Source of the DNA: Trichoplax sp. H2
Taxonomy: Eukaryota
NCBI GenBank assembly: GCA_003344405.1
Contig: NOWV01000188.1
Coordinates: forward strand, 1 to 64,000
Direction: 5' to 3'
DNA: 64,000 bases
The notes under the pieces were generated by a model. That model had not been told where the DNA came from, made no database searches, and saw only the letters and a program-made list of their open reading frames with translations. A program made the translations under genes and the position numbers. Positions 1 through 12,171 of this stretch are shown here, in pieces; the first letter of the stretch is position 1, and each line of letters opens with the position of its first letter.

Positions 1-249
1 TCCTGTAAATTAATTCAGTAAAGCGAAAATAGTTTGCTTGTATACGGTTCATTAAAGTTCAAGTTATTACGACTTGATACGGACGCAGGGAATTGCAAGC
101 TCTAAAAGAAAAATTTAGTCAGTTATGCATGTACATTAAATTGACATTGATTAGTTTGAATTGCTTGAACAGTTGTGCTAGACCTAAAAATGACGAAAGT
201 GAAACTACTGAACATTTAGTGTACAACCTCTCTTTGGTACTTAGCGCTA

Positions 250-1720
250 GGGTACAGTACTGTACTGTACTTTTACGTACTGTACAGTACAGTACACGAG
301 CAGTTTTTGCCTTTTGGAAAATGCACAGTACACAGTACTGTAGATACTTACAGTACTGTACAGTACAGTACAGCACAGGGTACAGTGCAGTACTGTACAG
401 TGCGTAGCAGACAGACAGAGGATAGTACTGTACTACACTATAGCGTGGGCACTGTACACTGTACACTCAGTGTACAGTACAATACGGTTGTGCATTACAT
501 GTCTTGTCCAACGATCATTTCACTGTTTCAAAACCCCGGAGTTTTTATTAAACTCAAGATTCTTTTGCCATATTTTTCGTCGATAGGATTGAGATATGGT
601 GTTTCAAACTACAGTATAGTGCACCATGATGTGGTCATGACTGAGCAACTTTATCATAGTGTGGGAAAATTGGGCGTTTTCGTTATGCAAATTCTATTAA
701 TAGAGCATACTGACAATACAGTACAGTGTGCTGTACGTACAGTGTACAGTATAGTAAACGGAATGGAGAAAGGGTATCACCCGCTCATATCGCAAATGAC
801 CTGCTACGAAATGCGGTATCGTACGTAGATTTCATAGCAACTGATGAGTGCAAAGTACAATTACAAGAATATAAAATACAACATACGTACGCTAATGGCG
901 TATACAGTACGGTATAACATAGACAGTATGCCAACGAAATTAAATAAATAAATAAATAAATAAATAAAGACTAGTCGCTGTTAAGACCATAGTATGCTGT
1001 ATATTGCTGTAGAATCCAGTACTATACGGTAGTGTTAAGTTTGTAGGTTTGAATTTTGTTTATGGTGAGTACAGTACAGTACTGTACAGTATGTGACATC
1101 TGTTCTACAGTTCTGCTCAAACTGTGTTATGTGCTGGTTGCATAGCCATTGTCATTATACTGTACTGTACACAGTACAGTCGCACGTACGTACGTACAGT
1201 ACAGTACTGTACAGTGCACTTTTGAATTAATTATTTTTATTATTATAAAAATCTTTCAAATTTAATTTTTATTATTTTTATTGCCTGAATGATACTACGG
1301 TACTACTAACTATAAAACGAAAACGTTCAATGTCCACCGGAACTTTTTTCTGACCTCTAGTCATCGCGTTAAGAAAAAAACATAGAAGACATAGTACTGT
1401 ACACTGTACAGTACAATTGCATCCTTCTTTTGAAATATCAGCTCATTGTACAGTACTGTACCGTACAGTAGAGGAAAGCTCTTTTTTTTTTTTTAATTAA
1501 CTTTCATGGTTCCTAGTTTTATGGTGTTTATGCATTATGTAAACAGTGCAGTACTGTTCTCTTTTCTGTGTACTGTACATTCATAGTACATTTGACCTCT
1601 ATGATAGAGACATTGATAGTCAGCAGTAGCGTTTAATATTTGTAGTACAGTACAGTAGAAGCTTAGTACGATACGGTACTGTATGTTTATTGTTTACTTT
1701 ACAGTACTGTACCATGCGTT
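250..1720. repeat. Low-complexity tract of TACAG/CTGTA pentamers forming palindromes (TACAGTACTGTA)
   Basis: Many copies of acagtactgt/tacagtac/gtactgta; these cause the spurious Y/S/T/V/Q/C-rich ORFs at 93-828. Confidence 0.85.
941..968 (+). repeat. (TAAA)n microsatellite
   Basis: taaataaataaataaataaataaataaa seen directly. Confidence 0.9.
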
Positions 1721-4284
1721 TGGCTTTTTGACATACTGTCCAGTTTTGGAACGATCGAAGGACGCAGACTGAAAAATCGATCGAAATTTTACCAAGATGA
1801 AAACGAATAGCAGTGGATATTGTTAATGGGACGTACAGTACAGCATCATATTCGACTGTTCATAATACAGTATTATCTATCCGTATATTGTCTGTTTCTA
1901 TAGAACAGCAAAGCTGACTAGATACAATGGAGAAAAGGACGATAGAATAAAATTTGTGCTGTGCGTCCACTCCGTACAATATCTTTGTCACTTGTTATTA
2001 TTATTATTTTTTTTTTTAAATAACCTTCTCGGGATGGATGGACTTGACTCTTGAACAAGAAAAATATTGATGAATCACAGTAATTAAGGCGTAGAGTAAA
2101 GCATCCTGTAGAGAGTACAGTATGATACACTGAGTGTGTGACGGAAACAGTCAATGCAGTAGAAATAAAAGTCCTGACGTCTTGACGTCTTCACCACCTT
2201 CAACGGCCTTCTAATGATATGTTCTGTTTTCTATAATTAATTATTTTTTATTTTATTTTATTTTAACTGACGTACAAGATTTGATTTGCAAGTCAAATAA
2301 GTTAACCGCCCGCCCTCTTTCAACTTTATGCTTTACATGACTGTTGATACGGACTTTCGATGTCTAGTACCAAGTCCAACGGCAAAAATTGAAAGAAAAA
2401 GTACCACCATTGTCGCTTAGTTACTACCAATTAGATTTTAACCCTCCCACATCTTTACTAACACGTCAGTCTTATCGCAGTAATTGTTTGTCTATCTCTG
2501 TACACAATACTGGTTCAAAGGTAAAGAGAGAAAGGAAAAGAGGAAAGACGTGTACAGTGAATTATTGTACTGGAAGGACAAAAAAAAAAAAAAATCCCGC
2601 GGGCTCATTATTATCTTTATTACCATTCAATCGCATGTACAAATCGAGGCCTCCCCACCCTCTTTCAAAAGTAAAATAAAGAAACCTGCAACAGGTTGAT
2701 AAATCTGAGTTATACTGTACCTGTGCTAGTTGTAAGTTTAGATCGCTACTCGAGATATTTTTCAAGACGTCAGTAAAAGCTTCAACTAATATACGTTTGT
2801 AAACTGTGCCGAACGAAAGATTGTGAAGAGAACGTTCTTCAAGCGGAATTATGACATACGGTTAGAATGACATTGTAACTATCGTATCCCCTAACATGCT
2901 TAATAATGATGATTATATTAGCGATGTAAGTTAGCGGACGTATATTTTACTTTTTCTTGATGCTGTCCCTGTACAGTGTACAGTGTGTTGTAAAATGGTA
3001 ATAGAATTTTTTGCTACTAACACGGATGCAGTTTTTATGATTTTTGAATTTATCAACACCGAAAATATTCTCCTTAAATATCATATCATGATGATCAACA
3101 AGTTGTGTTTTCGCTGTTTGGGCAAGATATCGCCGTCCAACTCGACCTCCGACACTGTACAGTAATCCATCAACGGCGAGTCTTAATTGCACGATATATC
3201 ATCTTGGGCATGCGATAATACACGAATAAAAATAGTAATTGTAATGAATCGTTCAGTAGTGATTGAGATACGTTCGTCAATGTACTGTATTGTACGGTAT
3301 AGTTCTATAAACTGTAAATCGTGTCTTGTTTCACTTTTTGAACCTTTTGAACCAACTCAAACATGTTGGCAATCCCCTTGTATCGCCTTTCGCTGCATCC
3401 TTTTCATAATCGTGATTGAGTATTTACTACTTTTTAGTTAACTTTACAACAGTACTATAACATTAACTAACTATGCCAATCGTATTTCACTTGGTTGTTG
3501 GACTCATTACAGCTTTATTTTTGGCCCACGTACCGTACCTATGGTATCATGCACACTCGGGGACTTGTAAATGACAAGTCCCTGATAACGGCCTTTTTTT
3601 TTCATCGTCAATTCTGCATGAAATTTTGATTATTACGGTCAAAATTAAAAAAATTTTTTTTGGACGAAAATTATCCTAGACATTGGTCTTCACGATATTT
3701 AACAATCTATTAAGATTAAAACCACTTGGATAGTAGTTTACAATGTCATGTCATGAAAGGTGAAAATTATTTTCATTTCTCTTGATGTTGCTTGTAGCAT
3801 TGCTAAAGGTATAATGGGTTTGTATAGTGATGGGAAAAAGCGATGTCATACTAGTGGAGTCGCCAAGAGAATTTAAAGTGAAGTAAATTATAAATAGAAA
3901 TAGTAAGGTGATCCTTTCCGTGTCATCTGCCAACTGATTACAGTCTTCTAGTAATGTCGGAAAGTTCCAAGCTGTTATTTATTCATGTTACCATTAATAC
4001 TGCATTTGAGTTGCAATGGAAGACATCACTTGTAGTGATTGGAATTACTGTCGATTTTAAACATAACCTATCGGTTTGTATGAAAGCTACAGTAATGAAT
4101 TGAACACATTAAACAAGTTGACAATAATAGTGATACTATAGCTTCATTTTGAAAGTGATAAAAAATTTAGAAAATCGAATTAAAAACTTGTGTTGTTTTA
4201 TGCACTGCATACGCATCATTAAGTTCGTAACCTATTGAACAATTTTTGTTTTTTCATTTTCCTTTTTCTTTCTGTTTTTAATGA

Positions 4285-5230
4285 TGTACAGTACTGTATT
4301 GTACGGTATGCTACAGAGTACTGTACGGAACATGCTGTTCATACTCGAGGTAGTCCACTTCAGTAGTGTATAACACATGCCACAGTATCGTACCGTACGC
4401 GCATGATCAATCCAATTCTTGCCAACAGCGTGAGCTACAGTATTGTATCTACAGTAAAGTACACTGTAAACTGTACATTGTACTGTACACTACAGCGCGG
4501 TATAGTGAAAGCAGTGCAGTGTACTGTACTGTACTGTACTGTACGTTCAACTGCGATGCTTGCATGGATCTGACTGGTTTGGTTTTTTTTCTGTACCATA
4601 CAAAACACTACAAATTTTCCGGATTCGCCAAAAATGTCTCGTCTACTAGGTTACTGTAGTACAGTACTGAAACAAATTTTCCGGATTCACCAAAAATGTT
4701 TCGTCTACTACGTTACTGTAGTACAGTACTGAAACAAATTTCCGGATTCACCAAAAATGTCTCGTCTACTGTACAGTACTACGTGACTGTAGCACAATGG
4801 CTATCAGTACTCTAACTGCATTATACTGTACTTACTGTACTGTACTGTAAGACCTTTCTTTTAGCCGTGTAATTACTGTACAGTACTGCAGTTTTGGATA
4901 GTACTGTGGACAGCACCTTTCGTATCATAACATCTTGTCACTTTCGGGCAATATTTTTTCTTTAGAATTACAGTACAGTAAAGCTATCTTAGAAATGATA
5001 TATTACGTTGATATGCTATGGAATGGAACAACTTTCAACTTCATCAGTATTTACTTATTAACATCACTGGTTGATTCTTTTCAAAGTGACAAAATACTTG
5101 GGACACACACAGTACTGCACCATACAATATTATTATTTTCTACTGTATTTTTTATTGAGCAAAGTGCACAGTACAACGTATCCCAGACTACAGTACTACG
5201 TACCGTAGTGTGTGTACTGTACTGGAGATA
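4285..5230. repeat. Second TACAG/CTGTA palindromic low-complexity tract
   Basis: Runs such as gtactgtactgtactgtactgtac (about 4520-4545) and repeated tacagtactg. Confidence 0.8.
4609..4775 (+). repeat. Tandem repeat, ~62-bp unit, ~3 copies
   Basis: caaatttt(c)cggattc(g/a)ccaaaaatgt(c/t)tcgtctact recurs at about 4611, 4674 and 4735. Confidence 0.9.
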
Positions 5231-5552
5231 CTGCAAAACAGGAATGCGATAGAGCTCGAATGGTGTTCTGCTATGCTGAACCAATTTGGCATTTTCGAGT
5301 AACCGCGACGCCTTCTTGATTAACTTAACAGTATGCATCATCAGTTCGCTGCATTTATAATAGCACAGTAATTTCCCCGCGGAGAATGTGCTACCTCGAT
5401 TAAGGTTGAAATTGTTGCTTCACCCCATGTACATAAAAGTAGCTTCGTTTATGAATGACTCGAGTAAATACAATACAGTACATGAGAAATAATAGGATTT
5501 CATAGCTATTACTGTACAGTACTTGACTTATCGACATTATTTGCTTTTACAG

Positions 5553-8500
5553 ATTCCACTTTAACAAGCGACGAGGAAGGGATTCAACCTGATCAGTGCA
5601 AAACGCCCAATAGCGTTAATGGCGAAAATCGTCGTCAACAGGCATACGATCATGCTGGTAGTAATAGTGCTAATCGACCTAGCGGTAAAATGCGCTTGCG
5701 ACCATGGTTAGAAGAAAAAATTACCGCACAAGCTATTCCAGGATTATGCTGGATGGATAAAGAGAACAAAATATTTCGTATACCTTGGAAGCACGCTGCT
5801 AGACAAGGTTGGAGTGTCGATGAGGATGCTTCACTTTTTCGTGCTTGGGCTATCCATACGGGCAAATTCTCTCCTGATCGTGACGAACCGAAACCGAAAG
5901 TATGGAAAGCGAATTTTCGCTGCGCGCTCAATTCTCTCCATGATGTCGAACAAATCACCGAAGATAGCATAACTAAAGGAAATGATGCCGTCAAAGTCTA
6001 TCGATTTTTAGATGGAGGCAAAAGGAAAGGAGGTACGAAAAACGCTATAGTATTACACGCCGACATGATACCACGAAATGGACTTATTTAGCAACGATAA
6101 TTATGGCAATATAAAAGCTACCGGTAGTCGAGTACACCATACATTACCAAAAATCACATAGTGGTTCCATACATGTTTGCAAACAATTTCCAGTAGATTA
6201 CTAAGATACTACGTCTTTCCCGTTGCTATTGATGTGTTATATTGACAAGCCTTAATGATGGTAAATGATAATTAGTTTAACCTTGCACTTGCCTAATTTT
6301 TCATTTTTGGGGCCAATTTTACTATAGATCTTAGTGATCCGATTTATAAGAATGTTCTGAAAAAGCTACGCTGTGAAGAGGTTGGTTCTTTATTAAATCA
6401 CCTAGCCTTGCTTTCATGCCATGTTGATGTTTATAAATATTTGTTATCATTATTAGATTTAGCGAAACATGAAAATAGGATAGAATTATCTTGCAGTACT
6501 TAAATATTGAATATCGATATTGAATGTTGTGCATTTTTGCACTACATCGATCAAAACGATATCAATTACTGAAAAGTTTTACAATATCTCATTAGCAAAT
6601 TATACAGTCGAAAATGTTATGAAGATTTCCTACACATCTCTACACATGAAGCACTTGCGTCATTCAAATGTTTTACCATAGGTTTATACTACTAATACTG
6701 AATATATATCTATATTTTTTTTTGCATATAAATGTATCAATCAAATTTTAAAGGCGTCCGTTATGGGTGGTCAGGATTTATCTATCATGAAAGGTACATA
6801 TGTAAATCTATGTAGCAGATCTTATCTTATTGTATTCGAAAAAGATTCACTCGACAGTCTACGGTCGTTCCTATTAGACTTAAAACTACTTATGTATGCA
6901 GTTAGTAGCGATCAACATAGCGAAATTCATATGCATATGTTGTCAACAATTGAAAGATTACCTAAGATTTATGCAGTTCTTTGTGAGGACATACGATTAG
7001 TTTCTATATTTGTGATAATATAATGTTATAATATAGATTCGTATCAATAATATGAATTGATATATTTAAGACTATCATCTTATTTTGCATAAAATCTAGT
7101 ATGACCTTATTCTCTGATTTATTTCTAGACGGTGGATTTGATATGAGTGCATCTAACGACTTAACAACATGCAAACTTGATGAATCGTAAGTAAAAATTT
7201 GAGTGCATATATATTTCGTAACGTCATTTCACAAGTCTGACTAGGTGTACAAGTTAATATACAGATTGTGAAGATATTTTTTATAAGTAATCATATCGTT
7301 ACCAAGTATTTCTAAACATATGGGCAATGCTATCTTAGCTTGACTATATATATTACATGGTATAGTGCTGTAGTACTATGATGTAAAATATTTTCGTAAC
7401 GCAGCGATTTTTATTTCAATACTTCAATTTATTATCTTTTAATAATTCATATTTTATGATCTCGTACAGACAGTTGAAAATTAATGTGTACTTTCAAAAA
7501 TTTTTTTGAATTTTAGAATAACTATTGACAGTAAAGGGGGTTGCTTCTTTTTTGAAGATAACGGCGTATGTATTCGAGTTAGTCAAAATGCCATACCAGA
7601 TCGTATTACTGTTTCTTGTAAAGTAGTAGTGGATACCTTTTACCAACGACAAGATGACGAGACCGTTCTTGGCAATATATTAAGTTTTGGTTTGCCTATG
7701 ACACGATTTGCTGAGGCAGTAACTCTTTGCTTACCACATCAAGGCTTTATAAACCACGAAAAGCAGGAGATCATTATCAAATATTCATCAGAAGCTGACA
7801 AGAAATGGCATGAATGTGAACTAGTTGATGTGTCGGAGCTAGCAAGGAGAACCCTTCCAGTTAATAAGCAGCAATTGTTCACATCTTACGCTGGCTGCAA
7901 GACGACATCTCTTACTTCATTTGTAGTTATTTCTAGGACGCGTATTAGTCGAGCTTCTTTTTCCTCTGCTGGTGGCCGTTTATCTTCTCATTATTCAAAA
8001 GATGTTTACGTCCAAGTCCCTGAAAAAACTTTCTCATCTGTGACTGAATTAATGTTACAAGTACGAAAGTATTGATCAATTAAAGTAACGGTTAAGATAT
8101 TCAAAAATTATTGGTAGACAACTTTTAAAAACTTAATTCTACTGTGTCAGTATTAGCATCTAAGCTTTGTCAAAGCATAGAGTTTTAAAATTTTTCATCC
8201 TTTGATAGGTTTCGCCAATCGAAAACGATGTAGCCAACGTTTGGGTTAGTCAAGAATCAAGAATTAGCCCTTTTGTTACTCTTAAATGTAATAAGAGCTC
8301 ACTAACTGGTCCAGTAACGCTATCTATACCTTTTACCACTGAGTGTTTAAATGATACTGCATTCGCTGCGTCTGCATTGATTTGCTTATCCTTGCAGCAG
8401 TCACCAACGGCAGTTGGTAAAGATAGTGATAAAGCTCGTGACAAAGATCGGAGTACTGATAGCATTGATTTGAATGACTCAAGCCGTACTCCTATTACCA

Positions 8501-10246
8501 AAAAGTCAACTAGTGGAGAGACTGAAAGCAAAGGAAACTTAAAAATTTTCTGCAAGAAATTAAAGGAAAGTGACTGGCAAGAAATTACTGACGAGGTTAA
8601 ACCCAGTATGAAACTCCTTAGTGATAGCATATCGTTCGAAACAAGAAAGCAAGCAACGTATGTACCTATATAGTAGTTGTAAAGGGAATAACTACGGCTT
8701 TTATTGTAATGAGATTATTTGCTTCATTTAAGTTATTGCACATGTAATATACGTGTTTATTCTTATTTTTAGGTATTTAATTGCTTTTACGAAAAACTCG
8801 AAAGATTTAACTTACAATTCTGTAAAGGCAATGTTTAATCGTGTTTGTATACCTTTGGTTCGCATGAGTGTTTTATACAGAGAAATGAACAATAGCTATC
8901 AAATCTTTGTTTTATGCTCATCGGATTCAGTCATTAGAGAAGTTACGCAAGATTTTGAAAAAAAGATGAGTGCGAAATGTATATATAATAGCAATTTACT
9001 TAAAATGGCTTACGGGGAACCATGTAAGATCAGTTTTCGTGGCAATTTGAAGCCTGCAACGGGCAATAAAAATGATGATTTCAAGCTAGTTTATAGGCCC
9101 AATCAATTACAAATAAAACAATTTGGTTTAGCCTGTCTGGATGTGTCTCATCCATTGAATGGTTCAATAGCGTTTGAATCATATTCAAATCAAACATTAA
9201 GAACATTATGGTCATGCGAAATTTCGTTTAATAGTACGGTGCCATCGGCTACTAAGGTACAAAGATTTAGCACATACTGCAACATGTACCAGTAGATTTA
9301 TACATATTGTCAAACATTAATATATATTTATTCGTTTTTGCTTATATCAGTGTTATTAAATGAATCATTTTTGCTTGCTTTAGTCATCTGTTACTACTGC
9401 TTCTATTCCAATCATAAGTGGGCCTTCCAAGTCAAGTGCTGAAACAAAATCTGTTTGGCCAGCATTTCCTACTCCTGCATTTAATGTAGATCCTTCGAGA
9501 GTCGATAATCATCCGACATGGCCAATATACGTGCAGCCATATCCTCACCTAACTATCCCTGCATCTACGACTGGTGGATCTGTTACTGCTCCAGCACTTA
9601 ATTTGAACTCCCCTTTAATGCAATCGCAATCTTTGACATTAATTCAACAAAATCATACGGCTTATGGCGTTCATACACCACTTCTATTACCAACTCATAC
9701 TTACCCACAGTTAAATTATAATCCAACATTAGTAAATATGCCGCAGTCATTATTGCATCATCCTATGCTGCCTTCTATTGCAAACGATTCCTTGCAGTAC
9801 CAATCTCCTTTTGCCGGATTAATGCCATTACCATATGCAGCACTCCAGAGACCAATGTTGAGCATTGGAATGCCATCTCCAGGTATATTGCAAGGAACAG
9901 AATTTTAAATACCATAAAACAGTTATAAGTACATGAATTTAAATTATTCTATAGCAGCTCAATTTATAATATTGTATATATTATATTAGAATTATTTAGT
10001 GAAAAGGTTTGGCCGGAAGTCGCCAAGCGCCTTTCAGGACGTTGGCGAGACCTCGCTACTGGCTTAAATATTAGTGAAAGTCATATTGACCAGGTAGATA
10101 AGAGCTGCTTAAATTCTGAAGACAAAGTTAACAAAATTATTTACATTTGGCGCCAACAAACATCTGGATTACCTGCTGAAAAAGTACAAGATGAATTTCA
10201 GCAAGCAATTAAAAAGTGTGGCTTTCAAATGAGTGAATTGAATTAG
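5553..10246 (+). CDS. IRF-ZU5-ZU5-UPA-Pro-rich-Death domain protein (spliced; 877 aa from Met 5690, ~926 aa with a candidate upstream exon)
   Basis: Exons 5553-6032, 7129-7186, 7517-8060, 8209-8657, 8773-9256, 9384-9882, 9990-10246, all with GT-AG boundaries and matching phases (1,2,0,2,0,1); stop TAG 10244-10246. The frame is open upstream of Met 5690 to an acceptor at 5552; candidate first exon ATGACATACG|gttaga at 2851-2860 is unproven. Confidence 0.8.
5690..6032 (+). CDS. IRF: IRF DNA-binding domain exon, IRF1/IRF2-like
   Basis: [11 protein letters not shown]...PGLCW...[13 protein letters not shown]...[11 protein letters not shown]...[12 protein letters not shown]...[10 protein letters not shown]: Trp cluster and the KANFRCA recognition helix, close to IRF1/2; followed by a basic KRK patch. 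Confidence 0.97.
7517..8657 (+). CDS. Tandem ZU5 domains (exons 7517-8060, 8209-8657)
   Basis: ZU5-A: TIDSKGG...[11 protein letters not shown]...[11 protein letters not shown]...W...SFVVISR. ZU5-[11 protein letters not shown]...VQVPEKTF...LQVSP...ISPFVTL...PVTLSIPF...WQEITD...ISFET. These parallel ankyrin/PIDD ZU5 motifs (GG.L.S, SPIVT, PIT.TIP, WEDITG, VSFTT). Confidence 0.85.
8773..9256 (+). CDS. UPA domain exon
   Basis: [12 protein letters not shown]...QIFVLCSSD...KISFRGNL...KLVYRPNQ...NGSIAF resembles the ankyrin/PIDD UPA pattern (PY.AKFVVF..., LRCFC..D, ..GNL) and lies directly after ZU5-ZU5. Confidence 0.72.
9990..10246 (+). CDS. Death domain terminal exon (not in ORF track)
   Basis: My translation: [85 protein letters not shown]. 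It fits the DD pattern (W..LA..L..S...ID.I....W......A...CG); phase-1 acceptor ttatattag. Confidence 0.85.
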
Positions 10247-12171
10247 TGCTTAATTATTTACTTATTTGTAAAATAAGATAAGATCCTTTTTAATACTTTA
10301 TTCAACTAACTTACGTATATCTTGCTATCATTACTGTAACACCTTAACAGCGACAGAAGAAAATATTTGGAGTCATGACGTACTTCAGGAAAATTTTAAT
10401 ATTGTTATTTGTATCAAATAGAATTTAGACATTCTGATCTATTATAGCGATACCTCGTAGTTGATAGATTCGCTTAAAGTACTTGTCATTGTGATATTCC
10501 TAGTAATATCGTATTATTGTAATAAATATGTAGCTATTATTATGAAATCGTTCATAATAACTTGTATAGGCGTAGCTCGAAATTTTATTCACATGTTTTA
10601 AGTAGTTACTCTATTACTTCCAAGATGAAATTGGAATATGGTTCGAGTTTGGCTCTAGCCATTTTAGAAATGTTATAACTAATTTCGTCTGCTTTTATTT
10701 GTATTATTTGATGTGTATGTCCTGCTTGGTACAAGATCAGGCTTCCTGCGATTGCCAAACATAACTATGTACAGTTAATATATACTGTAGTGGTAGTTAT
10801 ACCAATAATATTTGGATTTTTATGATAAAATGTAACTTCTAATTCTATCTTATTATAGTCGTTTTAACAGTATTATTTTATTCCTGAATGGTGTACGTAA
10901 AAGCGGTTATGAATTCTTCTGTAGTTTGATGGCTGAATGGTCTCAATTCTCAAAATGATAGACTACGGTTCAAATTGCCAGTTAGTTATTAAACTGATCT
11001 ACCGTAGTAGCTTAAACTAGAATATCCAAATTGTCCAGTCTGGTAGCATTAATATCATATTGTATAATAACTCCATATATGATTATCTATATTATCTTCT
11101 TGTATTACACGTATTACATGCTAGCTTCAGTTAACTTGCAAACAATTATATTGTGCCAGATATGATAAAAAGATTCTCATTCTTCCCAAAGAATAAAACT
11201 TTACTCGTGTATTGCACCTCCTGTTGTTTAATTAAGGCCTATAGTTATTCAGTAGGCATGGATATAGTATGGGATAGGATAAATAAATTTACATTTGTAG
11301 GATGATTTAGAATACACCTCTAAAATTACTTTCATTTATGGTATCTACAGTATTTAGCTAAAGTACCAGTAGTGTAACTATCAATTACAATAAATTCTAG
11401 TATCGCATATAGCACGATTGTGAAGATTACTTGTACAGTAACATTATTAAATCCTTGTAGTCGTACAATCGTATTTAGATATTTCGTTATCGACTGATTA
11501 ATTCATCAAACCTGTAGTTGATTAATTAATTATAAGCAAGATGCATGATCTTAGATTTTATTTTAATAAGGCTTCGACATGCTAATATGTAACTAAATGT
11601 CAGACTACACCAGCCACGCATGTACTCAAGTGTTGAGGTGTACGGTACTTAGAACTTTATATAACATATGATATATACAGTAACAACATCCTATTATCCA
11701 TAACCTCAACCGTAACTTTTATTGGAAGCTAGTTTTATAATAGCATCTCAATCACATAAGTTCTTATTTTACCATCAATTTAAGAATTACATTTTGATGT
11801 GCAAAGAAACAATTTTATTCGCACCCAATTTTCGCAATGCATAGTATAGATTAATTTCTAACTTCGGATGTTCTATTGCTATCAATATGAAAATTCAAGC
11901 GTTATCTTGTTAACAATTTAACATTTCAAAAATATATAAAGCTTATTCTTTGTTGTATTTTATTTATACATTATGCTAGACCCTTTGGCACCGTGAGATG
12001 GTTTGGAATAAGTAAGAAGTGTACGAAACAGATATATAATGCCTTGAAACCGTCTCATGGCGTAGTATAAAACGATAACTGATGTTCTAAACTAATAAAA
12101 ATAACGTTTATACTATATTGAATTTTGAAGTATGTTGGAAAAGCATAATAAAATGTTATTAGTGAAATTGT

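Noticed and set aside
93-5341. Numerous 60-170-aa ORFs rich in Y/S/T/V/Q/C
   Set aside because: They are translations of TACAG/CTGTA simple repeats, which lack stops; no domain signal.
10630-10665. tRNA-like GGTTCGA T-loop (also at about 23119)
   Set aside because: No T-stem pairing or cloverleaf.
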